From positions 1 to 63,561 of the forward strand of contig JAHFNO010000004.1 of the NCBI GenBank assembly GCA_023267275.1: a DNA stretch of 63,561 nucleotides, read 5' to 3'. Each line of letters begins with the position of its first letter. Position 1 is the stretch's first letter. Under the pieces are notes generated by a model. It searched no databases and was not told the origin of the DNA. It worked only from the letters and a program-made list of their open reading frames with translations. The position numbers were made by a program, and so were the translations under genes. Of this stretch, positions 17,776 through 24,686 are shown in pieces. This DNA is from Candidatus Nomurabacteria bacterium (GTDB lineage Bacteria > Patescibacteriota > Minisyncoccia > Phycocordibacterales > UBA9973).

Positions 17776-18321
17776 TTATACTTTTTCATAAAAGACTTTT
17801 CGTGGAAGCGGGTACACAAAATGAGAAAGTTCTACTTCAAACGTTTCCGCAAGATGCAGATATGCTCCCCAGATACAGCCACTTATCCCTTTCTTCTCGC
17901 GAATAAATAAATACAATCCAGAAAGAATTATTTTTCGCACACCGAGTCTTGCAAGCAATCGTCTTGTTTCCAGCCAGCCAATGAGCGGTTCAGGATCGTC
18001 ATACTCTGTTTCGCAAAGAAAGATATCTCGCGTGAACTGCAATCTATTGATACAGGTGTGCAAAACATCAGTCTCACCTTGATCTTCAAAAATAATAACT
18101 GGTGTTTTCTTTGTGACAGGAGCAGTGATCACGCGCTCGAGCAAATCAATCGGTTTTTGACCAACTTCGGAAAGACCAAAACAGCTTCCGGAAAGTGGCG
18201 TTGCAGTGGGATGAATAAATATCCGAACACACCCATTGCTTTCCTTTAATGATTCCTTGAAAGACTGTAACCCTAATTCGTTGTTTACAATATTTTCAAA
18301 AGTAATAAGGCGTTTCTGCAT
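17776..18321 (-). CDS. hypothetical protein
   Basis: 181-aa ORF with a terminator downstream. No family recognised with confidence. Confidence 0.55.
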   Translation of the reverse strand: MQKRLITFENIVNNELGLQSFKESLKESNGCVRIFIHPTATPLSGSCFGLSEVGQKPIDLLERVITAPVTKKTPVIIFEDQGETDVLHTCINRLQFTRDIFLCETEYDDPEPLIGWLETRRLLARLGVRKIILSGLYLFIREKKGISGCIWGAYLHLAETFEVELSHFVYPLPRKVFYEKV

Positions 18322-18369
18322 GTTGTGAAGTTTTTCTCAGATTACTTAAATACCAATCAAAGTCAACTC

Positions 18370-18400
18370 AAAAGCCGCCCGGCATAGCCGGGCGGCTTTT
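18370..18400. terminator. GC-rich rho-independent terminator
   Basis: AAAAGCCGCCCGGC-ATA-GCCGGGCGGCTTTT. Confidence 0.85.
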
Positions 18401-18414
18401 GTGTTTGTGTATTT

Positions 18415-18453
18415 CACTACCCCTTAAACCCTATTCCCTACACCCTATCCTTA
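18415..18453 (-). repeat. heptamer array TAAGGA TAGGGTG TAGGGAA TAGGGTT TAAGGGG TAGTG starting at the stop codon
   Basis: Read on the minus strand. The first TAA is the stop of the SWIB-domain gene. Confidence 0.7.
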
Positions 18454-18708
18454 TGAAAGGTGTGCTGAAACGAGCTTTGTCATTTCAAACATACTTACTT
18501 CTTTCTTTCCGCCAAATACTGGGAGAAGCAAGGCATCGGCAATGATATTGCGCTTGTTCTTAGGATTCTGAAGATTATGCTTCTTGATGTATACCCAGAT
18601 GCCCTTTACAACTTCACTACGAGGCATTGGTCCTTTTCCAACCACTGCTTCGAGTTCTGCACTCAACTTCATTGGCTTCATAAATGCTGATGTCTTTTTG
18701 TCTGCCAT
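18451..18708 (-). CDS. SWIB/MDM2-domain protein
   Basis: KLSAELEAVVGKGPMPRSEVVKGIWVYIKKHNLQNPKNKRNIIADALLLPVFG matches the SWIB pattern. I prefer the start MADKKTS at 18708. Confidence 0.75.
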   Translation of the reverse strand: MADKKTSAFMKPMKLSAELEAVVGKGPMPRSEVVKGIWVYIKKHNLQNPKNKRNIIADALLLPVFGGKKEVSMFEMTKLVSAHLS

Positions 18709-18942
18709 ATAATTTTCTACAGTTAAATAAGATTGTAGAGATAAATGCAGTTCGAACAATAGAGCAACTCCTCCAAGAGTCATTCTGCTGAATGAGAAAT
18801 GCGTTAGCTATGCAATCTTATATATTAATAAATACGTATCCCCTATAGTATATATGCAACTACCTGTAAAGCAAAGCAGGAATCCCCTCATTGCTAAACA
18901 AAAGGTATTGTGGTATAAAAACAACAACCAAAATTCCTTACC

Positions 18943-19482
18943 ATGTTTGACGATACATACTTGGGTATCATCACCCTTGAAGATGACAACGGTCTTCCCA
19001 GGATTGCCGCCGGAAGACAGCATGATAAAAAATTGTGGCGCATCAAAACCTCGCTGAATTCTTGCGGTGATGTTCGTGAATGGGACGTGGTGTGCGGAGT
19101 TGAAAATGCTTATCAATCGGTAAGCACGATTTTTTCAACAAAAAATGCGATTCGTTCGCATTGCAAACCAAACAAGATATTCAATTATTCTTTTGAACCT
19201 GCCGGAAATTTTTTTACAAAAAGAAACAAAATGATTGAGGACTTCAAAGGAGTTATTCCTGAATCATTTAAGGAACATCTTCCGAGTGTTCTCGATTTTA
19301 TTGCAAAAATAGCCGTGCAGTCAGAAAGATCATTACTCATTGTGGTAAACAGATCAATGGCCAACATGATAGTGGCATATTGTCCGCTTGTTGAAGACCA
19401 AAGAATACTGAAAGAAAAAATACTCCAACCAGGAGACATTGTATTCTACAAAAATAATAAAGCAAAAATAATACGAACGTAA
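18943..19482 (+). CDS. hypothetical protein
   Basis: 179-aa ORF followed by a terminator. An overlapping minus-strand ORF (18808-19116) competes with it. Confidence 0.4.
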   Translation: MFDDTYLGIITLEDDNGLPRIAAGRQHDKKLWRIKTSLNSCGDVREWDVVCGVENAYQSVSTIFSTKNAIRSHCKPNKIFNYSFEPAGNFFTKRNKMIEDFKGVIPESFKEHLPSVLDFIAKIAVQSERSLLIVVNRSMANMIVAYCPLVEDQRILKEKILQPGDIVFYKNNKAKIIRT

Positions 19483-19512
19483 AAAGTAGTGAATAGTATT
19501 CACTACTTTTTT
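19481..19512 (+). terminator. rho-independent terminator
   Basis: AAAAAGTAGTGAATA-G-TATTCACTACTTTTTT. Confidence 0.75.
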
Positions 19513-19552
19513 ATTTGCCAATTAAGAAACAGCTGTTTCTTAATTGGCAAAT
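19513..19552. terminator. perfect 40-nt palindrome between convergent genes
   Basis: ATTTGCCAATTAAGAAACAG|CTGTTTCTTAATTGGCAAAT. It touches the trmD stop codon. Confidence 0.7.
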
Positions 19553-20355
19553 TATTTTTCCCCTCTCGTCTTCCATTCATCAATTTTCTTGGGGTCGCCA
19601 GAAAGAAGTACTGGTGGAACCTTATACTTTTTGCTTAAACCATGCTTCGCATGTTCAGCCGATCGTCGCCCAAGCGACGATTTAGGCCTTTCACTATTAT
19701 CAACTATCTTTCCATTTTTATCTAAAAGATATTTATTGTGCCAAAGCAATATTTCTGGTCGTGTGTAAAATTCGGATGAGGAAACACGCTCTTCTTCGAG
19801 CGAATCAAATTTGCCAAGCACGCCGGGGATTTGGCGAGAAATAGAATCAATGAGCACCATGGCTGGCAATTCCCCACCTGTGAGCACGTAGTCACCAATA
19901 GAAATGTCTTGCGCTTTTAAAATCTTTGCCACACGAGCATCAATACCTTCGTAGCGACCACAAATTAAAATAATATCCGTAAATTTTTTGGAAACTTGCT
20001 TAGCGTATGGAGTATCAAACTTTTGACCTGAAGGTGAGAAATTAATTATTTTAATTTTTGGCTTGCTTTGAACTTTCGACTTTCGACTTTTGACTTTCTT
20101 AAGGACGGCTTCAACTGCCTTAAGAACTGGCTCCGCGCGAATAATCATACCAGGTCCACCACCGTATGGTCGATCATCCACGATTTGTGACATATTGCCG
20201 TCTGGCCAGACGCGCTTGTATTTACCCGTCACAAATTTGCGCGGATTTACAAAGGTCACCTGTATTCGTTTTTCCTTGATTGCTCGCCCGACAATCGATT
20301 CTTTCAAATAGGAATCGAATGCTTCAGGGAACAATGTAATTATATGAAAATTCAT
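19552..20355 (-). CDS. trmD: tRNA (guanine37-N1)-methyltransferase
   Basis: MNFHIITLFPEAF start. Motifs RPYGGGPGM, CGRYEGIDARV and LTGGELPAMVLIDSISR. Has two lineage-specific insertions. Confidence 0.9.
   Translation of the reverse strand: MNFHIITLFPEAFDSYLKESIVGRAIKEKRIQVTFVNPRKFVTGKYKRVWPDGNMSQIVDDRPYGGGPGMIIRAEPVLKAVEAVLKKVKSRKSKVQSKPKIKIINFSPSGQKFDTPYAKQVSKKFTDIILICGRYEGIDARVAKILKAQDISIGDYVLTGGELPAMVLIDSISRQIPGVLGKFDSLEEERVSSSEFYTRPEILLWHNKYLLDKNGKIVDNSERPKSSLGRRSAEHAKHGLSKKYKVPPVLLSGDPKKIDEWKTRGEK
20065..20099 (-). repeat. five tandem heptamers (GAAAGTY type) inside the trmD coding sequence
   Basis: Plus strand: GCTTTGA ACTTTCG ACTTTCG ACTTTTG ACTTTCT. Encodes KKVKSRKSKVQSK. Confidence 0.75.
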
Positions 20356-20391
20356 AACTAATAGCTTATAACAAATAGGAGGAACAAACAC

Positions 20392-20448
20392 AATCACCAC
20401 CCCTCATCACGAGTACGTGTTGTCCCCTCCTCGACAAGGAGGGGAAGA
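20392..20448 (-). repeat. 57-bp GC-rich palindromic element, copy 1
   Basis: AATCACCACCCCTCATCACGAGTACGTGTTGTCCCCTCCTCGACAAGGAGGGGAAGA, identical to 21750-21806. Contains hairpins CACG-AGTA-CGTG and CCCCTCCT-CGAC-AAGGAGGGG. Confidence 0.9.
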
Positions 20449-20461
20449 GCTCAAATGCAAA

Positions 20462-20905
20462 TTATTTTTTCTCAACTTTCAAATTCACAATCCTTTTTCC
20501 ATCTTCGCCAAAACGAAATTCGGCAGAGAATGATTCGCCTTTCAAAAAATGAGGATACCAATGAATATCATCTGCCCACATTTTTTCGTATGGAATTTCA
20601 TCAAAGGCAAACCATTGCGGTTTCATTTCTTCGGTCTCGATCGGCTCGCCTTCCCATTCATCAATACGATACACAATAGCCTGCTGATCCCAATCGGGTT
20701 TATCAGTAAAATAAAAATCGATGGTTCCCAAGTGTTTGAGATTTTCTTTTGGAACACGAATGCCACTTTCTTCTTCAATCTCGCGGAGAGCTGCATCTTC
20801 GACTGATTCACCAGGATTCAATTTTCCACCATACCCGTTCCAATTTCCTTCACCAAATCCGCGTTTCTTCATCGCAAGAAGAACTTTATTTTCTTTCACA
20901 AACAT
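20462..20905 (-). CDS. NUDIX hydrolase (MutT/MTH1-like)
   Basis: Nudix box GGKLNPGESVEDAALREIEEESGI. Confidence 0.85.
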   Translation of the reverse strand: MFVKENKVLLAMKKRGFGEGNWNGYGGKLNPGESVEDAALREIEEESGIRVPKENLKHLGTIDFYFTDKPDWDQQAIVYRIDEWEGEPIETEEMKPQWFAFDEIPYEKMWADDIHWYPHFLKGESFSAEFRFGEDGKRIVNLKVEKK

Positions 20906-20925
20906 AGCGAGAGTTACAATGGCAT

Positions 20926-20960
20926 AAATGTAATGACTAAATCATAATGTCTAATGTCTA
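20926..20960 (-). repeat. heptamer array TAGACAT TAGACAT TATGATT TAGTCAT TACATTT
   Basis: Read on the minus strand. Lies 21 nt upstream of the NUDIX start codon. Confidence 0.7.
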
Positions 20961-20991
20961 AAAAACAAGTCTGGATCCTGAAACTCCAAGA

Positions 20992-21009
20992 GTGAATCTG
21001 CTGATTCAC
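20992..21009. other. perfect palindrome GTGAATC-TGCT-GATTCAC
   Basis: 7-bp stem centred between the two heptamer arrays of this spacer. Confidence 0.6.
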
Positions 21010-21030
21010 AAGTTCAGTGATAACACAAAA

Positions 21031-21056
21031 CGCTAGAGCCTAAAGCCTAGCGCCTA
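21031..21056 (-). repeat. heptamer array TAGGCGC TAGGCTT TAGGCTC TAGCG starting at the ABC ATPase stop codon
   Basis: Read on the minus strand. The first TAG is the stop codon (..GQRH*). Confidence 0.75.
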
Positions 21057-21740
21057 ATGCCTCTGCCCGTTCATTATATCACTCACGATTTTTCCGTCTG
21101 CCATTGTGATTGTACGATGTGCAAGTTTTGCATATTCTGGTTCATGCGTCACCATCACGATCGTTTGTCCTTCGCGATTGAGATCGATAAATGTTTGAAT
21201 CACTTGATCGGATGTTTCCGAATCGAGGTTTGCAGTAGGTTCATCGGCAAAAATAATTTTTGGGTCATGACCTATTGCTCGGGCTATGGCCACGCGTTGT
21301 TGTTGTCCCCCAGAAAGCTGACTCGGGAGATTGTTCATACGATCGAGCAATCCTACTTTTTCCAAAGCTTTCTTTGCTTTGATTTCAGCTTCTTCTTTAC
21401 TATACCCCTGCATCAAAAGCGGCACCACGGTATTTTCAAGTGCAGTGAGTGATGGCAAAATAGCGTAATCTTGAAAAATATAACCGAGGTCGTTGAGGCG
21501 AGTCATCGTGCGATCGTTTTCAGACATCGGCACCATATCCACTCCATCAATCAAGACTTCCCCACTCGTCGGCAAGTCGAGCAGACCGAGCTGATACAAC
21601 AATGTTGATTTTCCAGAACCCGATTTTCCAGTCACGGTGAGAAATTGTCCTTCAGGTACTGAAAAACTCAAATCGTTGAGCGCAACAACTGTTTGATCAC
21701 CGGAGGTAAATATTTTTGTAAGATTTTTTGCGGATATCAT
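21054..21740 (-). CDS. ABC transporter ATP-binding protein (MacB/LolD-type)
   Basis: Walker A GKSGSGKST, signature LSGGQQQRVAIARA, Walker B IIFADEPTANLD. I prefer the start MISAKNL at 21740. Confidence 0.9.
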   Translation of the reverse strand: MISAKNLTKIFTSGDQTVVALNDLSFSVPEGQFLTVTGKSGSGKSTLLYQLGLLDLPTSGEVLIDGVDMVPMSENDRTMTRLNDLGYIFQDYAILPSLTALENTVVPLLMQGYSKEEAEIKAKKALEKVGLLDRMNNLPSQLSGGQQQRVAIARAIGHDPKIIFADEPTANLDSETSDQVIQTFIDLNREGQTIVMVTHEPEYAKLAHRTITMADGKIVSDIMNGQRH

Positions 21741-21749
21741 GTGTTTTAT

Positions 21750-21806
21750 AATCACCACCCCTCATCACGAGTACGTGTTGTCCCCTCCTCGACAAGGAGG
21801 GGAAGA
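21750..21806 (-). repeat. 57-bp GC-rich palindromic element, copy 2
   Basis: 100% identical to 20392-20448. Fills the permease-ATPase spacer. Confidence 0.9.
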
Positions 21807-21809
21807 AAT

Positions 21810-23087
21810 TCACCGTCCAAGAATAGCTGATAGCGTGTTTTGTTTGATAACAATCTTTGCCGGAATATATCCAGCAATCACAGTTGTAACAAGAAGGATT
21901 GCTCCACGTAACAACGTACCCGTTACTGTTGCTACGAGAATACCGTCAGAAAATGGGAAATTGATTGGATGCGCAGTAAAGTATGGCTTGATTACCAAAA
22001 ATGTCATCGCCATTCCAATGGTAATTCCAAATACAGCGTATATAAACGCTTGATACATATACGAATACAAAATTGCTTTTCGATTGATTCCAATACCTTT
22101 CAAAATACCAATAAATCTTCGGCGTGTAATCGCGTTTACGAAAATCACAATAAAAATGGTAATCGATGCCACGATGAGTCCAATACCAGAGATAGCATTC
22201 CCCAAAATATTGAATGTACTCTTCATATCTTGCAAGAATTTTGGAAATGCTTCTTCGGCTGTTTGAACGCGAGCATATGTGCCAACACCGCTATCGAGCA
22301 AAAATTGTTTTGCTGCCACTGGATCGGAACCAGGCTGAAGCTGGATTGCGATTGTTGATGCGTTCAAATCGGTGCGTCCGGTCATTTTGCGCACTTCACT
22401 GTCGAGTGCCACTACCGAACTATCAAACTCATCTACTTTCGAAGAAAGAATTCCTTTCAAATAATATTCTTTTGAGACAGATCCGGAAGTCACCAAAATG
22501 CGTGAGCCAATGGAAACATTTTTCAGTGTTTGAAATCCTGGCGCTTCAATAGGAGTAAATTCATACAACAAATTTTTTCCAATCAAAATACTGTCCTGAT
22601 CTTGTGGCGTTAGATATGATCCACGAATAACAAATTTTGAAACACCAGAAAAAGAATCTTCTTGTACTGGATCAATACCAAGAAATGTAGCTCCTGCACC
22701 ATCACGCACTTCGCCAGGTTTCAGTGTGGAACGATAGTTGGACTCGACACGAGCACTTCCACCAAAGCGTACTGTGTGATTTTTGTATCCAGGAATCGTT
22801 TTGATTATTTTTGTTATTTCAGATGTGTTTTCAATATAGGCGCGATTGATAAATGAAGAAACAATAACGTCACCAATGCCATATTTCTTTTGCGCATCTT
22901 CCGAACCTTGAATAAGTCCGACGAGAATCCCTGACACAACTACGAGATTGAGAAAGGTAAAAGTCATCACGGCAACAATAAGCATTGTTGTCCATTTGTT
23001 TGCCTGCTTGATATCACGTTTTGCGAGATACCATCCCACTTTTGCATTTTGGGAGAATGAATTTTCTATGCGGATTCTATCAGCCAT
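21810..23087 (-). CDS. ABC transporter permease (FtsX/MacB-type)
   Basis: N-terminal TM, large extracytoplasmic domain and a C-terminal 3-TM FtsX-like module. Operonic with the ATPase. Confidence 0.8.
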   Translation of the reverse strand: MADRIRIENSFSQNAKVGWYLAKRDIKQANKWTTMLIVAVMTFTFLNLVVVSGILVGLIQGSEDAQKKYGIGDVIVSSFINRAYIENTSEITKIIKTIPGYKNHTVRFGGSARVESNYRSTLKPGEVRDGAGATFLGIDPVQEDSFSGVSKFVIRGSYLTPQDQDSILIGKNLLYEFTPIEAPGFQTLKNVSIGSRILVTSGSVSKEYYLKGILSSKVDEFDSSVVALDSEVRKMTGRTDLNASTIAIQLQPGSDPVAAKQFLLDSGVGTYARVQTAEEAFPKFLQDMKSTFNILGNAISGIGLIVASITIFIVIFVNAITRRRFIGILKGIGINRKAILYSYMYQAFIYAVFGITIGMAMTFLVIKPYFTAHPINFPFSDGILVATVTGTLLRGAILLVTTVIAGYIPAKIVIKQNTLSAILGR

Positions 23088-23089
23088 AG

Positions 23090-24625
23090 CTATTTTCCGA
23101 GTGCTACCCGTTCGCCTGCCGTGAGACCATTTGTGATTTCAATCATATTGCCGTCTCCCAAGAGTCCAGTGGTGACTTTACGAGTTTCGAATTTGTCATT
23201 TGCGTCATCAAGAACAACACGGACATACGTACCGTCTGCACGAATATCGAGTGCAGCTTTAGGAATAGCAAGTACGTTCGGATGATCCCAAGCAATGATT
23301 GTCATATTTGCATTCATGCCAGGGCGCACAGAATCTTTTGATGGAGCTTGTTGCGTACTGTCTGTGGTAACACTATTGTCTACCGATACTTTGATTTTGT
23401 AATTGACGACACCATCACTTGTTGTAGACGATGGATCAATTTCAATAACGGTTCCGGTAAACGCCACACTCGGACCAAAGGCATCGAGTGTCATGGTGAC
23501 CGGTTGATTGAGTGCAACTTTTGCGATATTTGTTTCATTGATATTTGCCTCTACATGCAAATTTGAAATATCTTGGAGGACAATAATTTCTTTTTGCACA
23601 TCGGCACGTTCACCTATTTTTGTATCAACGTGAGTAATTGTTCCCGAGGTTGGAGCACGGAGAATAGTATTTTCATACGTTGCTTGCGCTTGATCTACTG
23701 TGGCTTGCGCAGCAGCGAGATCGGCAGGGCGTGCACCTGCTTTTTTCAAATCAAGAGCTGCCTGTGCTTCGTCCACGGCTGCTTGCGCAGCCGCTACCGC
23801 GCTGTCGTGAGTCTTGATTGCGTTTTGATATGCATTGTATGCACTCAGGTATCCAGATGAAGAAGTGTTTGGTAGTGAGAGCGTCCAAATAGTATTTTGA
23901 CTAGAAGCAAAATCGGAAGGAAATTGAATATAGAGTCCTCTTGTTCCAAGTGGCATTGGTGCCGTTGTGCTCACAGTACCCGTACCAGATTCCAATCCGG
24001 AGTAGGTAAAATAACCACTTGTCCCAACAATATGTGGAACAATAACATATGAGCCTTCTGTAGTGTCAGCATAACTACCAGTAATAGTAGGTGCGGTACT
24101 TGTATTTCCTGAAGAAAGCGTTGGCACAAGACTCACATTGAGAAATGCTCGATGCGCATTATCAACGAGCGTATCTTGTGTGCGCTGTGTATTTATCAAA
24201 GAAGTTTGTGCACCGGTGAGAGCTGCTTGGGCTACTGCAACTTCCTCGCTCGAAGAACCATCTACAACTTTTTGATAATTTGCTTTTGTGAGTTTTAGTG
24301 CAGCGTATTCGTTGTTGTTTCGTAGGGTTGCAAGTATTTGACCTTTTTGCACCTTGTCTCCAACAGACACTGGAAGTGTTTCAATAATCCCGCTTGAAAA
24401 AAATGAGAGATTTAAATCTGTTGCAGAAGTCACTTGTCCGGTAGCAAGAACTGTTTGTTTTAAATCGCCGCTCGTTACAGGAACGACTGTAATAGTACTT
24501 GGGGCTTTATGTAAAAATGTATACAGTAAAATGACGACGATCAATCCGCCAAAAACCCAAAATCGTTTTGGATGCGCTGCATAATATTCTTTCACTTTTA
24601 TAAACATATTTTTTATTGTTTCCAT
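23090..24625 (-). CDS. HlyD/MacA-like periplasmic adaptor
   Basis: Membrane anchor FWVFGGLIVVILLY. Coiled-coil Ala/Gln-rich centre (AAAQAAVDEAQAALDLKKAGARPADLAAAQATVDQAQ). I prefer the start METIKNM at 24625. Confidence 0.75.
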   Translation of the reverse strand: METIKNMFIKVKEYYAAHPKRFWVFGGLIVVILLYTFLHKAPSTITVVPVTSGDLKQTVLATGQVTSATDLNLSFFSSGIIETLPVSVGDKVQKGQILATLRNNNEYAALKLTKANYQKVVDGSSSEEVAVAQAALTGAQTSLINTQRTQDTLVDNAHRAFLNVSLVPTLSSGNTSTAPTITGSYADTTEGSYVIVPHIVGTSGYFTYSGLESGTGTVSTTAPMPLGTRGLYIQFPSDFASSQNTIWTLSLPNTSSSGYLSAYNAYQNAIKTHDSAVAAAQAAVDEAQAALDLKKAGARPADLAAAQATVDQAQATYENTILRAPTSGTITHVDTKIGERADVQKEIIVLQDISNLHVEANINETNIAKVALNQPVTMTLDAFGPSVAFTGTVIEIDPSSTTSDGVVNYKIKVSVDNSVTTDSTQQAPSKDSVRPGMNANMTIIAWDHPNVLAIPKAALDIRADGTYVRVVLDDANDKFETRKVTTGLLGDGNMIEITNGLTAGERVALGK

Positions 24626-24686
24626 ATCTACGTCCAGTATATCAAAAACAAAAAAAATCCGCTTGGCGGAATTTTTTTGTTTTAAA

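Noticed and set aside
18808-19116. A minus-strand 102-aa ORF overlapping the start of 18943-19482.
   Set aside because: It has no recognisable features, it overlaps a plus-strand ORF that has a matching terminator, and it would read into the SWIB upstream region. Neither ORF is strongly supported, so I kept the longer one at low confidence.
21739-22053. A plus-strand 104-aa ORF starting in the 57-bp element, and the GTG-extended N-termini of trmD (20356-20400), the ABC ATPase (21741-21758) and thrS (47951-47959).
   Set aside because: All begin at the GTG that is part of the repeat terminus GGTGGTGATT. The conserved protein N-termini (MNFHIITLFPEAF, MISAKNLTKIF) start at downstream ATGs.
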